Origin: a virus
Virus record (IMG/VR): IMGVR_UViG_3300027742_000001
Coordinates: 1 to 64,000 of that record
Length of the DNA stretch: 64,000 nucleotides
Direction: 5' to 3' (one strand)
The notes under the pieces are model-generated. The model made no database searches. It was not told the DNA's origin and worked only from the letters and a program-made list of their open reading frames with translations. Positions 34,102-45,045 of the stretch are shown here, in pieces. Made by a program: the position numbers and the translations under genes. Positions within the stretch are counted from its first letter, which is position 1. The number at the start of each line of letters is the position of its first letter.

Positions 34102-36354
34102 ATGTTTTATTTAGAAGAATATGGACATGATGCAGACAATAATAGATGGATGGAAGTTATTAACTTTGATATTACAGAAGATGATAAAGAGGAAATTCTT
34201 GAAGCAATTTATCCATTATTTATGGATGATAATCTTGGAGAAGTAGTAGTTCCATTGTATTGTTTTATTACAGATGATTTTGTTGATGTAGTTATTAATA
34301 TTAATGATTACTTAGAAGATTTAATTGAAATGGGATTATCCGATGAAGAGTATAAAGAAGAACAAGATATTCAAGAATGGTTAAATGATTTAAAAGAAAA
34401 TCTTAAAGGGGAAAGTAATGAAAAAGCTTAAAGGTCTTAGAATAGTTAAGTCTAACAAAAATAGAAAGATTAATTTTAAAAAGTATTTTTATGTATTCCT
34501 TAACTCAAATAATAAATATGAAGTAACAACGGATAAGTTCTTTATTAATAAAAGAGTTGATATAGTTCCTATCAAGTTATCTCATATAAAGATTTGGGAT
34601 ATATTTAAGGTAGACCAATATAGAGATACTCCTTTATATGAATATTATGAAAGAGGTTCTTTTGAGGATTATATGGGATACTTTGTTAGAGTAAATAATT
34701 TTGTAAAAGATTATAATGAAGAATTTGAGTACAAAATTAAACTAAATGAAGTCAAAAAAGAAAACAAGGAGGAATTATGTTAGAAATGTTATTATTTGGG
34801 GTTATTTATTTCATATGTATTGGTTGGTTATGTAATATTGTTATAGGCTATATTCAAATGCTTTGGTTAATGTTTGTTACTCATAAAGATATTGAAGGGT
34901 GTTATGGAGAAGCTAGGTTAAAAGAATATTGTAAAGAGTCTACTTATAAATTAATTACTTTTGAGAGGTTTATTACTCCATATTTAGGTTCTTTTAAGGT
35001 TATTGAATATATAATTATGTATTATTATGTTAAAAGAAATTTATCCTCTTATAGAGTGTTTGACTCTTTTGATATTCTAATACAAGTTGATATTCAATTA
35101 AGTAAAAAGGAGAATTAATGAAAAAATTTACAAGAGAAATGGCTTATGAGTATATATATGATATGATTAAAGAAGGTGACTTAGACTCTTACGGAGAACA
35201 CTTTGTTGATAAGATTTATAATCAACATGAAAGAGAGTTAGAAGATATATTTCATGAAGGTGTTGAAAATGGTAATATATCTATGAAAGTTAAAATGGAA
35301 GAAGAGTTAAAAGAAAGAACTTGTGAGAATTGTAAATATTATACTTCTCCAAAATGTCCTATTGAGCTTTTTTCTGAAACTGCTTTACATTTTGAAAAAC
35401 ACCCTTTTTCATGTAATAGATGGGAGGATAAATAAAATGAAACAAACAGAAGAAAAGATTTTATTAAAAAATTCTATTATAACACCTGACGGAACAGAAT
35501 TAACTTCAAACCATGTTTATGATTATAAATCTTACAAAGATGCTAACGGAGAGGTTTATATGAATGATGGTGGTAGAGAATATATTAGAAGGTCTGTTAA
35601 TAAAGAGCCTTATATTGATAATTGTATTTATTCAACAGATTCCTTTGAGAGAATTCGTTCAGAACTTTCTTGGGGAACTTATGGTAAAAAAGGTACAGAA
35701 GAGTTACATTATATAAAGTTTAAAGATATGTCAAATGCTCATATAGAAGCTATTACAACAAATTTTGTTGAAGGTCTTTTTATAAATATTCTTAAAGAAG
35801 AGCTTAAATATAGAGAATTAAATAATATTTTTGTGGAGGATAATTAAATGTTTGGTGAGGGAGAGATAGGTAGAGTAAAAAATGTATTTACAAAGTTGCA
35901 CTTTAGTTTGATTCCTAATGAGGAGGAGGCATATAATAATAGTTATACTTATGTAACAAACTATGATAATTACAAAGGATATAGTATTGAAGTTTATGAA
36001 TCGGAAAACTTTGTAGCAGATACTTGTTATAATTTAGAGGTTGAAGATGACTTCTTTTGTGAGTACGATTTAACATATAGATACTTTAATATAAAAAGAT
36101 TAGTAAAGGAATATGAAATAAAACCTTTAGAAATATGTACTATTTTAGTTAATTATGATATGGTTTATACAAAAGGTTGGACTGATTGTGGATACGAGTA
36201 TGATATGGAATTAGATATTAAAGAAGTACAAGTAAATAGACATCAAAACTTAGAATTTAATACAATGTATAAAACAATACTCCCTAAATGGACTAAGTAC
36301 CCAATTAAAATGGAGTATAATAAAAATAGATTATGGGAAAAGTTAGTTGATTAA
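34102..36354 (+). CDS. Six hypothetical ORFs; the fifth probably starts at 35437 (TPDGT...DANG...DGG conserved phage protein)
   Basis: Coupled ORFs with RBSs. Confidence 0.65.
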
Positions 36355-36383
36355 GCTTATTTTAATAAAAGGTATTGTACAAT
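36351..36383 (+). promoter_or_regulatory. Phage promoter, copy 11
   Basis: TTAAG-N6-TTAAT-N11-TACAAT. Confidence 0.7.
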
Positions 36384-36415
36384 TATATTATCAAAACAAA
36401 CAAAAAGGAGAATAT

Positions 36416-36778
36416 ATGAAAGATTTAAATATACCAATTTATAGAGCAAAAAAGATTGATAGTGATGAATATGTAATAGGTTATTATTTAAAAATGGGTA
36501 GTACACATTATATTTATAGAAATAAAATGTTTGAGGGGGTTATATGTGTTGATAAATTAACCTTAGCAATACATTTTCCTAATATGTTAGATAGTGACTA
36601 TAATCCAATATTTGCTAGTTTATCAGAAGATGGGAAAGGTGGTGATATATGTAGTTTTAGTGACCATAAAGATTTAACAGCAATGTGGAATTCATATTCT
36701 TTAGATTTTGATTTTGGTAATGTAAGAGATATGAAAAACTATCACATGGACTGCAAAGTAGTAGGAATACAAGAATAA
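36416..36778 (+). CDS. YopX-like protein
   Basis: IYRAKKIDSDEYVIG...GDI...CKVVG; true start is the ATG at 36416 after AAGGAG. Confidence 0.55.
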   Translation: MKDLNIPIYRAKKIDSDEYVIGYYLKMGSTHYIYRNKMFEGVICVDKLTLAIHFPNMLDSDYNPIFASLSEDGKGGDICSFSDHKDLTAMWNSYSLDFDFGNVRDMKNYHMDCKVVGIQE

Positions 36779-36795
36779 AATAAAAAGGAGAAAAT

Positions 36796-37191
36796 ATGAA
36801 AACAAGTTTAACAAGTTTAAAAAGAGGCATCAAGATAAGTATTCTAAGTATATTATTTAGTTCAGCATTATTTACAGACACTTTTGCTGAGGGTATTAAT
36901 CCAAATACTCTTTCAAATAATTGTGACAAATATAGAGTTTACTTAATAGAGTTCAATAAGACTTTATCTCAAGTTATTTCTGAGTATCAAAAAGGTTTTA
37001 TAACTTCTGAGGATAGTTATAGTTTAGTATCTAAATTATCAGATGATATTAATAAAGTTAAAGTTAAGTTATTCTGTGATGTAAATAATACAACTGATTT
37101 AACTGTTATTGAAGCAAGTATTAATTCAAAAGCCCAAGCAAGAAAACTTAGGTTAATGTTTTTACAAGAGATGGGTTTAAGAGATTATTAA
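36796..37191 (+). CDS. Predicted exported protein
   Basis: Basic N-terminus, hydrophobic stretch, TFA cleavage-like site; two Cys. Confidence 0.55.
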   Translation: MKTSLTSLKRGIKISILSILFSSALFTDTFAEGINPNTLSNNCDKYRVYLIEFNKTLSQVISEYQKGFITSEDSYSLVSKLSDDINKVKVKLFCDVNNTTDLTVIEASINSKAQARKLRLMFLQEMGLRDY

Positions 37192-38381
37192 AGAAAAAAT
37201 TAAAAGGAGAAAATATGAAATTAAAAGTTAAAGTACAAACATTTAAAGATAGTGGAAAATTCTATGATGAATGGGAGCATGAAGTTATTACAGATAATCC
37301 TATTGCTTGGTATGAAGTTATTGAGGATATTAGGGAGCTGAAAGAAAAAGGTAAACTGCCTCAAAGTAATATGACTTATGTTGTATCAGAAAGTCTTTGT
37401 GGTAATTATGGTTTCCCTCAAATGATTAAATAAGGAGAAATATGAAATTACATGGTGTTATAAAAGATTACTTAAAAGAATTAAGAGAGAAAACTAAAGA
37501 TAAAGGTATTAAAGGGTACATTATTTTAGATAATACTTATGATTTATACCCTTTAATAAGTATCACTAAAAAGAATGTTTATTATTTAAAAGATAAAGAA
37601 CTCATAAAGTTAAGTTCACAGGGTAGAGTAAAAGGGATTTATGAAACAGAAGATGAAGCAATAGTGTTTTTGAAAGAAGCTAAATATAAACTAATTGAAT
37701 TACATAATAGTACAGATTATGCTATAAAAAATATAGAAAGGCAAATTAAATAATGTATAATTTATATAAATTAAAGGTTTCTCAAAAAATTTGGGATAAA
37801 ATTTAGAAATAAGAAAAGGAGTTTTAGATGACAGAAGAAGAGTTTGAAGATTTAATAGGAGAGAATTGGTATTTATATGCAAATTTAATGAGTGACTTAT
37901 CTTCATTATTAGATAATATAAGTTTAGAAGTAAAAGATGATGATAAATATGCAACGTTTATTAAAGAGTTAAGAGCAAGACTATTGGAAGAATTATGAAA
38001 AATAATGATAGTAGATACTTTGTAAGAAAAGTTATAGAAAGTAAATTCAAGAATAATTGTACTTATAATCTTGTTTTAGAAACATTTTTAAATACAAATT
38101 ATTTAACAGTTAATATTGAAAAAGGTGATGAAGTTATTAGAACGATAAATAGTTCAGAAGATAAAGATGATATGATAAAATTAGGAATAGTTTTATTTCA
38201 AAGTATTTAAGGAGGATTTATGACTAAAGAAGATACTATAATATCACAACGGAAAGATTATTACCTAGATTATACAAAGTGGTGTAGAGAGAATAATATT
38301 TTTCCAATGAGTTTTTGTAATAGTTGGTTATTACATTTGTATAGAGTAATAAGTAAAAGATAATTATTTAAACTAAACCAA

Positions 38382-38406
38382 AAGAGAGGTAGCTAAATCC
38401 TCTCTT
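38382..38406. terminator. Terminator at the junction of the two convergent genome arms
   Basis: AAGAGAGG-N9-CCTCTCTT with a U-tract on the minus strand. Confidence 0.75.
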
Positions 38407-38413
38407 AAAATTG

Positions 38414-39049
38414 TTACCCTTGAAATTTAATTACATTATATAATTTAATAACTCTATTTAACCAACCTTTTTGGAACTTAATATTAGAAGGTTTATATTC
38501 CACAGTTTCTAATATATCATCAACCCTTTCAATAAGTAAAGCATAAGCAATCTCTTGTTCAGAAACCTTTGAAAGAACTTTGTCTAAGGCTTTATATGAG
38601 TTAGTACCAACATAACCATCAACTTCAATATGTTCTTCTTTAGGTAAATTATTATTAATAATTTTTTGTAAGTTCTTACTTATTCTTTTGAAACCAAAAA
38701 GAACAGTTCCATCAGTTATTATTAAACCTAAATTAAAATCAAATCTTTCATAACCATATTTTTTATAATAGTTTGAGTAATAAAAGTCAGTAACTTTATC
38801 TTGAAATTCTACATTATTAGAGGTTTCTTTATTTATTTCTGCTGTAGAGTATCCTTTATCTAATAAAGAATCTATGTATTCCCAACCTTCCCATTTTGGG
38901 TGGAACTTTCTAGCAATACCTTGTATAGTCATTCCTCCACTATCTTCAGCTATATTAGAATATCCACCTTCAAATTTATTTATAAAAGAGTGTATCTTTT
39001 TAAACTTATCTAATTGATTTGTGTTTTCAGTATTTTTAGTGTTTTCCAT
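38414..39049 (-). CDS. Endolysin, glycoside hydrolase family 108 with peptidoglycan-binding C-terminus
   Basis: FEGGYSN..DSGGMT..GI, VDGYVG, KFQKGWLNR. Confidence 0.9.
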   Translation of the reverse strand: MENTKNTENTNQLDKFKKIHSFINKFEGGYSNIAEDSGGMTIQGIARKFHPKWEGWEYIDSLLDKGYSTAEINKETSNNVEFQDKVTDFYYSNYYKKYGYERFDFNLGLIITDGTVLFGFKRISKNLQKIINNNLPKEEHIEVDGYVGTNSYKALDKVLSKVSEQEIAYALLIERVDDILETVEYKPSNIKFQKGWLNRVIKLYNVIKFQG

Positions 39050-39068
39050 TTATTTCCCTTATTCATTT

Positions 39069-40487
39069 CTATCTGTATTTGAAGTTTAGCCCCACTACTC
39101 TTATATATTGAGTATCTGAATTAAAATCTACTGCTACATAACTTGTATTATCAATACCATTCATTAAATCTGTTATATCAAATTCATTTAAGTAACTATT
39201 ATTTACAAAAAGTTGTTTATTAGAAACTGTGTTTTCAGTATCATTATATTGTAATCCTATTCCCGATATACTTACTTCAATATCTGCTTGAATATATTCT
39301 GTATTATCAGGTAATACAACTATTGTACAAGAAACAATTTCATTAAAATCATTAGGTATTTTAATTATAAAATGAGTATCATTGTTAGAACCTAATCTTT
39401 CAACATTCCAATTACCTACTTCATAAGCATTTCCATTTTTAGGATACATAAAGAATTCTTTTATATCATTTCTTAAACATATACTTTGTACCTCAAAAGC
39501 ATTTCCATCAACAGCAATATAAGGAACATCTCCATCACCTAATAACTTAACAGTTCCACTTGAAACAAAGTCAATAGTATAATCTATTTGGAAAGGGTCT
39601 ATCATAAATAACATTGGGGAGTTTTCTATGTCAATAGTATTATCTCCAATAGTAAAGTCATAACCATTATCTCCATAAATACCATCTGAAATATTTCTCC
39701 AAGTAGCTTCATTTGGTAAATATTTTACAACAACATTTCCATTATTAACAGACTTTAATCTAACAGCTACATTATTAACTGCTTCAACAACTTTTAACTT
39801 AATTTTATTTATAATAATGTTTGAAGTTGAAGGTAACTCAAAACAACAATCATCTTCCATTTCCGTACTATAATCAGGTTGTAGCATTGTATCAGATACT
39901 TTTGCTTCTGTAACTAATGTAAAAGGTCTTTCTGAAGAGCCATTTTCTTTATCATAAAGGTGTAAAGGAATTAAATATCTATTACCACTTACATTAGAGT
40001 AAACACTTGGAATACTTCCTACCTCAGAAAGTTTAACAGAGTTTCCTACTTCGATACTTGCACTTTGTGACCTAAAGGTACTAGCACTCATAACAGTACC
40101 ATCATCTAAAACTTCCATACCCGAATCTTCAAAAGACTCTCCTAAAGCAGACTTAACTGGAATATGATTATTTCTAACACCTATTAACTCAGTTGTACTT
40201 CCATCTTGACCTTTAACAGCTATTACAGAAGATAATTTAGCCCATTCACTTTCTACTCTTGCTTGACTTTCTACAATATTTTCTGTACTTTCAGTATAAA
40301 CTAATTGAATACTTAATGAAGAATTATTATCATAACTTGCTAACCATGAAGCATTAGCTAAAGCATAATCATCTCTTTCTGTTTCAGCCTCTTCCTTTGT
40401 AGAGCCAACTCCACCAAATGAGTTAGGAGATTGTCCTAGGTTAAAAGTATTTAGTTGTATATTTTCTCTTGTTTTATATAAAGGCAT
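39069..40487 (-). CDS. Putative virion/fibre-associated beta-rich protein
   Basis: Acidic, S/T/N/V-rich composition like structural proteins; no firm family. Confidence 0.4.
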   Translation of the reverse strand: MPLYKTRENIQLNTFNLGQSPNSFGGVGSTKEEAETERDDYALANASWLASYDNNSSLSIQLVYTESTENIVESQARVESEWAKLSSVIAVKGQDGSTTELIGVRNNHIPVKSALGESFEDSGMEVLDDGTVMSASTFRSQSASIEVGNSVKLSEVGSIPSVYSNVSGNRYLIPLHLYDKENGSSERPFTLVTEAKVSDTMLQPDYSTEMEDDCCFELPSTSNIIINKIKLKVVEAVNNVAVRLKSVNNGNVVVKYLPNEATWRNISDGIYGDNGYDFTIGDNTIDIENSPMLFMIDPFQIDYTIDFVSSGTVKLLGDGDVPYIAVDGNAFEVQSICLRNDIKEFFMYPKNGNAYEVGNWNVERLGSNNDTHFIIKIPNDFNEIVSCTIVVLPDNTEYIQADIEVSISGIGLQYNDTENTVSNKQLFVNNSYLNEFDITDLMNGIDNTSYVAVDFNSDTQYIRVVGLNFKYR

Positions 40488-40488
40488 T

Positions 40489-40776
40489 TTAGTTTCCTTT
40501 CACAACTATTGTATCTGTTCCTTCAGAATATAACCAAAGACTTTCCCCTGAGTTATTTTCATAAATTCTATCTTCATAGTCTTCATTATCTAAAGCTGTA
40601 TCACTTAATATCCAAAATGGTTGATTTGAACTTGTATTAGGTATAGCAGTAGGAATATCTGTTCCTTCATAAGCCCAAATTCTAGTTCTACCTAGTGTTC
40701 TTACTTGATAATTTAAATCTGTTGTTGCTACTAATGTCCAAGTATCTTTTGGAATTTCTAAACTTGTATACGCCAT
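40489..40776 (-). CDS. Small hypothetical late protein
   Basis: AAGGA RBS; stop abuts the start of 39069..40487. Confidence 0.65.
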   Translation of the reverse strand: MAYTSLEIPKDTWTLVATTDLNYQVRTLGRTRIWAYEGTDIPTAIPNTSSNQPFWILSDTALDNEDYEDRIYENNSGESLWLYSEGTDTIVVKGN

Positions 40777-40802
40777 AATTAATCCTTTACTATCTTACTA
40801 TA

Positions 40803-41021
40803 CTATTTACCACATTCTTCTAATTGTAATGATAATTTATATTGTTTTATCATCCAATCATTTACCTCTGAATCTTTTAAATCAAGAATCTTATTTGTAA
40901 CTTCACTTGAAGGAATGGGATAAGTAGGGCATATACTATTTATTTTCACCCCACACCCTACTAACATCATCAATACTGATATTAGACTCAGATATTTTAT
41001 TATATTCTTTAAGCTTTTCAT
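40803..41021 (-). CDS. o-spanin (Rz1-like lipoprotein)
   Basis: Lipobox LVGC, Pro-rich CPTYPIP, overlaps the upstream Rz-like ORF in another frame. Confidence 0.75.
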   Translation of the reverse strand: MKSLKNIIKYLSLISVLMMLVGCGVKINSICPTYPIPSSEVTNKILDLKDSEVNDWMIKQYKLSLQLEECGK

Positions 41022-41139
41022 TATCTTCCCTTAATTGTTCGTTTTCGGTATCTTGTTTAGCACTTCTCCAAACAAACAAAAAGGGTAAAACCTCTTTAAG
41101 TATATCAAACATTGTACTTATTAATTTTACCCAATCCAT
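40936..41139 (-). CDS. i-spanin (Rz-like)
   Basis: N-terminal hydrophobic segment plus short coiled coil; overlaps the o-spanin. Confidence 0.6.
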   Translation of the reverse strand: MDWVKLISTMFDILKEVLPFLFVWRSAKQDTENEQLREDNEKLKEYNKISESNISIDDVSRVWGENK

Positions 41140-41355
41140 ATTTTTCCTTTATATAGCTAATATATTCTCCAGCTCTTTTACTTTTTCTAAATCTTTTTCA
41201 GAAAATTTATAATCATTTTCCTTACCTTTAGAGTATTCATTTAAAGCCCATTTAGCATATAACTTTTGGTCTTTGATACTAAAAAAATTTAAGTTCTTTC
41301 CATTAGCTAAATCATATATTATAGCAGTTAATCTATCCATAATTTTCCTTTATAT

Positions 41356-41814
41356 TTAATCACACCAAGTTTTAACTTTCTTACCACCGTAGTATTCTAT
41401 TGCTAAGTTATTCTTTATTAACTCTTTTGTTAAAGAAACTTTTCCACAATAAGGTTCGGCAACTATTCTAAAATACTTACCTCTTTGGACTTTCTTTAAA
41501 ATAATACTTTCTTTACATTGTTTTAAAAAGTTATATGTAAAGTGCATAGCTACTAAAGACATTTCTTTTTCATAAGAGCATTTAGCACCTCTCTTTTCGG
41601 GAGTATCTACACCAAACACTCTTATTGAAATATTATTACCAATTAAGTTAGGGAAAGAGTTTATATTAACTCTAAAAGTATCTCCGTCATATACAGATAA
41701 GATTTTATTTACTTTAATATCTTTATATATTTGTTTCCCTAAAGTGTTGCTTGGTAAGAATATCAATAGTAATATAATTAATATACTACTTAACAGCTTT
41801 CTCAGCACTTGCAC
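41356..41814 (-). CDS. Thermonuclease (SNase family), exported or membrane-anchored
   Basis: YDGDT, IRVFGVDTPE, KYFRIVA; hydrophobic N-terminus. Confidence 0.9.
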   Translation of the reverse strand: MQVLRKLLSSILIILLLIFLPSNTLGKQIYKDIKVNKILSVYDGDTFRVNINSFPNLIGNNISIRVFGVDTPEKRGAKCSYEKEMSLVAMHFTYNFLKQCKESIILKKVQRGKYFRIVAEPYCGKVSLTKELIKNNLAIEYYGGKKVKTWCD

Positions 41815-42118
41815 CTACATTCTCAATTTGACCAAGTTTACTTTGAATAAGAGTTTCGATTGAATCACCATATTTTTCAATAACTTTTGGGTCAATTTTA
41901 TCAATGTATTCTTTTGCTGTTGCCATTTTTCCTGAGTACTCTATATTCTCAATTTTATTTTTAGCATAAGCCTCTGCAATTTCCTCTGCATAAGATATAG
42001 CATTAACAATTAATTTCTCAATATCTTCATTTTCAATTTTATCTTTAGCTAATATAACTAAATATCCAAACCCTACACTAAATAGTATTCCAACTATTGT
42101 TAATAATAATACTTCCAT
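41786..42118 (-). CDS. Holin (LL-H-like)
   Basis: One N-terminal TM, IVNAISYAEE..., K..TAKEYI, IETLIQS pattern. Confidence 0.65.
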   Translation of the reverse strand: MEVLLLTIVGILFSVGFGYLVILAKDKIENEDIEKLIVNAISYAEEIAEAYAKNKIENIEYSGKMATAKEYIDKIDPKVIEKYGDSIETLIQSKLGQIENVGASAEKAVK

Positions 42119-42152
42119 TTTATTTCCTTTTATTTTATTTGTTTAATATTTT

Positions 42153-42878
42153 TTAATACTGTAACTTATTTTTGTCACTTTCCTCAAGAACCTTTTGAAA
42201 ATCTCTTATGAACTCGGTTTCATAATCACTTAATAAAACTTTTAAAGAATCCATTTTAATATTCTTTCTTAAATTAGAAAACAATATTGTACTTACATCT
42301 TCAATAAATTTATCTTCTAAATAACTTTTCCTAAAATAATTACTTAGAACACCAATCTTTGAGCTAAACTTACTTAGTTTACTATTGAAGTAAAGTACTC
42401 TTCTTTGTACATCTGATTTAATCTTCTTTTTACAGTTAGTTATGTTTTTATCTTTAATACATTCTTGGGGATACCTTGCTGTTAAGAGTTTTTCATAATA
42501 AGATAATTCAACAGAATGGTGTACCTTTAACATATCTGTCATAATAATTACTGCTTGTTCATTATCTAAAGTAACTTTACCTACACTATCTCTTATAAGT
42601 TCTATTCTATTATCAATGTACTCAAAACTTCTTTCATAATTCTCTTGTAAATTATTTAAAGACCACCAAAGCACAGCTACTATGACAGACATTTCAGCAG
42701 TTTTTCTAGCACCCCACCATATTTGAGACTGTTTTTTATCTTTTTCTTTTTTCTTTTCAACTTGCTCAATTATATTATTTAACATATCTTCTAATAATAT
42801 ATGGTGGTCTTCTTTTTTCTCTTGGGCTTTTGATAAGTTGAATTTTTCATATTCTGTTATGTTATCTATTTCAGTCAT
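42153..42878 (-). CDS. Single-TM membrane protein (241 aa), function unknown
   Basis: Charged N-terminal 60 aa, hydrophobic MSVIVAVLWWSL, about 165 aa C-terminal domain with two Cys. Confidence 0.55.
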   Translation of the reverse strand: MTEIDNITEYEKFNLSKAQEKKEDHHILLEDMLNNIIEQVEKKKEKDKKQSQIWWGARKTAEMSVIVAVLWWSLNNLQENYERSFEYIDNRIELIRDSVGKVTLDNEQAVIIMTDMLKVHHSVELSYYEKLLTARYPQECIKDKNITNCKKKIKSDVQRRVLYFNSKLSKFSSKIGVLSNYFRKSYLEDKFIEDVSTILFSNLRKNIKMDSLKVLLSDYETEFIRDFQKVLEESDKNKLQY

Positions 42879-42890
42879 ATTAAGCCTTAA

Positions 42891-43376
42891 TTATATTATT
42901 TTTAGTAAGATTTGTTGAATTGCCTCATATGCTTGTCTATGTATGACTGTTTCTTTTAAAGTTTTTGTTTCAATAAGTTCCCATTCTCTATTAGTAAATA
43001 TTGTAATTAAGTCTTGAATAATGTTTCTTATTTCAAGGGGTTTAATATGAATTCTTCTTATACAAGGAAACTTTTCTAATTCATCTTTAAGTTGTTCATA
43101 TGCACTACATACTATAAAAGCTGTTTGCATTTGTAACTTAGATATTTCTTTTATAAGCTCTATTCCATTGACATTAGGCATTTTCATGTCTGTTACAACA
43201 ACCTTTATAGGTTTATTACTATTAAGTCTTTCCTTAAAAATATCTAATGCAACTTTTCCATCCTCAGCAGTAACTACATTAAAACCTATTGTTCTAAGTT
43301 GCTCTGCTGTTTTCTCTCTTATTAATACTTCATCTTCAACTAAAAGGATTTCAGTACTTGTTGTTTCTATAATCAT
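42891..43376 (-). CDS. CheY-like response regulator receiver protein with no output domain
   Basis: ILLVEDE, AEDG..AL, VVTDMKMPNVNGIEL, SAY, KP: acidic pocket, phospho-Asp, Ser and Lys all present. Confidence 0.92.
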   Translation of the reverse strand: MIIETTSTEILLVEDEVLIREKTAEQLRTIGFNVVTAEDGKVALDIFKERLNSNKPIKVVVTDMKMPNVNGIELIKEISKLQMQTAFIVCSAYEQLKDELEKFPCIRRIHIKPLEIRNIIQDLITIFTNREWELIETKTLKETVIHRQAYEAIQQILLKII

Positions 43377-43400
43377 TAGGAATTCCTTATAAAGTAGCTC

Positions 43401-43613
43401 TTACTCAGAAGGTTCAACATAATCTAATCCTTTAACATCAATATCCCAATATATTAAGTCAAACTCTCCTGCTGGATTAGGTGTATCAGAAATACAAGTA
43501 CAAGCACTCCCATTAAATAAAACCACTTCAGGGGTATAGTATCTTTTACCTGAATCACATCTACCTTTTATTGTACAATCTTTTCTTGCTCTAACATGAT
43601 TTGCATAAGACAT
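43401..43613 (-). CDS. Small late protein with a CBM5/12-like motif
   Basis: YYTPEVVLFNGSACTCI...W. Confidence 0.4.
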   Translation of the reverse strand: MSYANHVRARKDCTIKGRCDSGKRYYTPEVVLFNGSACTCISDTPNPAGEFDLIYWDIDVKGLDYVEPSE

Positions 43614-43616
43614 TTA

Positions 43617-44165
43617 TTACTCCTCTAGTCCAAATATTTCTTCAAATTTTTCTTGCTTAAGTGTTTCTGCATATGTCAATATCTCTTGGAGTTTAATTTT
43701 TGTTAACTGAATCCAATTATCCCCCTCTTTCCAAGGAATATATTCATTTGTTTCATTCCAACCATTCATTTTTTGATTAAGTTTTAGAAGATTTTCTGTT
43801 GTAACTTCTATGTTTACTGTATCACTAAATGGATAGTCTTCTATATCTTCGTTACAATATTTATCATAAGTTATATACTTGTCAGATTTTCCTTTCTGAG
43901 TTTTTATAATTTTTTCTCTTTTTGTCTCATTAAAAATAATAGAATTTGTTTCATCATCCCATTCCCAAGATTCTCTATATTCTGTTGGTATTTCAGTATG
44001 TTCTACTATGTGATATTTTACATACTCAGGCTGTTTATAAGTCAAAGCTAAATCATCTAATGTTTCAAAGTAATCATTCCAATTACTATTTGGAGTTGAG
44101 ATTGAAACTGACTTATTTATTTCTCCATTAATTACTTCTTCGTTTACATATACTATTACTTGCAT
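43617..44165 (-). CDS. Tail fibre assembly-like protein
   Basis: Directly after the fibre gene; IPTEYRESWEW and W...DNWIQLT motifs. Confidence 0.55.
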   Translation of the reverse strand: MQVIVYVNEEVINGEINKSVSISTPNSNWNDYFETLDDLALTYKQPEYVKYHIVEHTEIPTEYRESWEWDDETNSIIFNETKREKIIKTQKGKSDKYITYDKYCNEDIEDYPFSDTVNIEVTTENLLKLNQKMNGWNETNEYIPWKEGDNWIQLTKIKLQEILTYAETLKQEKFEEIFGLEE

Positions 44166-44174
44166 TTTATCTCC

Positions 44175-45005
44175 TTAACACACAAACATTACGTTTATAT
44201 TATTAGCATCACCAGCTCCTGATGATTGACCTGTTACAATTCTACATTGTGTAGTTGTTTTTAAAGATGGAGCATTCCCTAGTCCTGTACTTTTTAGCCC
44301 AAACGATGAAGGAGAATCATCTTCATTACAACCCGATACAGCATAATCAGCAGTAGGTAAAGCTGTTGCCATATTTATTGTATAATCTCCTGTTCCATTA
44401 TCTGTAATACTTGCTACGTTTCCATTATTTCTGATAGCAACTACACCTATACCATTAAAGTTTACCCATGCTCTAATTGCATATATTGGTGCTGTTCCAC
44501 TTGCATTTAAGGCTGTTTTTGCTCTTTCATCATTTGTAGTCCATGTAGTCTCTTCGGGTTTATCTTCATATTCTAGTTTACCACTAGATGTCTTATATAC
44601 TAATATCCTATCATTTGCAATATTAGTATCATCTATCTCTTTATCTTTTACTCCCCCTAAAATAATAGAATAGTTTGGTACTGTTGCTATAATATTAGAA
44701 CCACTTGTTATACTTGAAGTTGAAAATTGAATACTAGCCCCATTTAAAGAATCATCTATTATCTTGAAGTTTGTGTCTATAAATTCTGAAGATGAGGATT
44801 CTGCTAATTCATCAATAGCACTTTTTATATTATTACTTGACAACCCACTTGTTGTATTATCATATTCAATATTACTTGCAACTGTGGTACTATCAGTACC
44901 TAAACTATCTTCAATATATTGTCTAAAATCCTCAATATATGTTTTAAATTGACCTTGGGTTACATCATCTCTCCCAAGGTTATCTGCTTCTATTAATGTA
45001 CTCAT
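44175..45005 (-). CDS. Tail fibre protein
   Basis: YDNTTSGL...IKSAIDEL repeat; RAWVNFNG...NVASITDNGTGDYTIN C-terminal domain. Confidence 0.75.
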   Translation of the reverse strand: MSTLIEADNLGRDDVTQGQFKTYIEDFRQYIEDSLGTDSTTVASNIEYDNTTSGLSSNNIKSAIDELAESSSSEFIDTNFKIIDDSLNGASIQFSTSSITSGSNIIATVPNYSIILGGVKDKEIDDTNIANDRILVYKTSSGKLEYEDKPEETTWTTNDERAKTALNASGTAPIYAIRAWVNFNGIGVVAIRNNGNVASITDNGTGDYTINMATALPTADYAVSGCNEDDSPSSFGLKSTGLGNAPSLKTTTQCRIVTGQSSGAGDANNINVMFVC

Positions 45006-45045
45006 ATATTTCCTTTCATTAATACTTTTTAATTACTTAATTAAA

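Noticed and set aside
42153-42878. Sensor histidine kinase partner for the receiver protein
   Set aside because: No H-box or HATPase (N, G1, F, G2) motifs.
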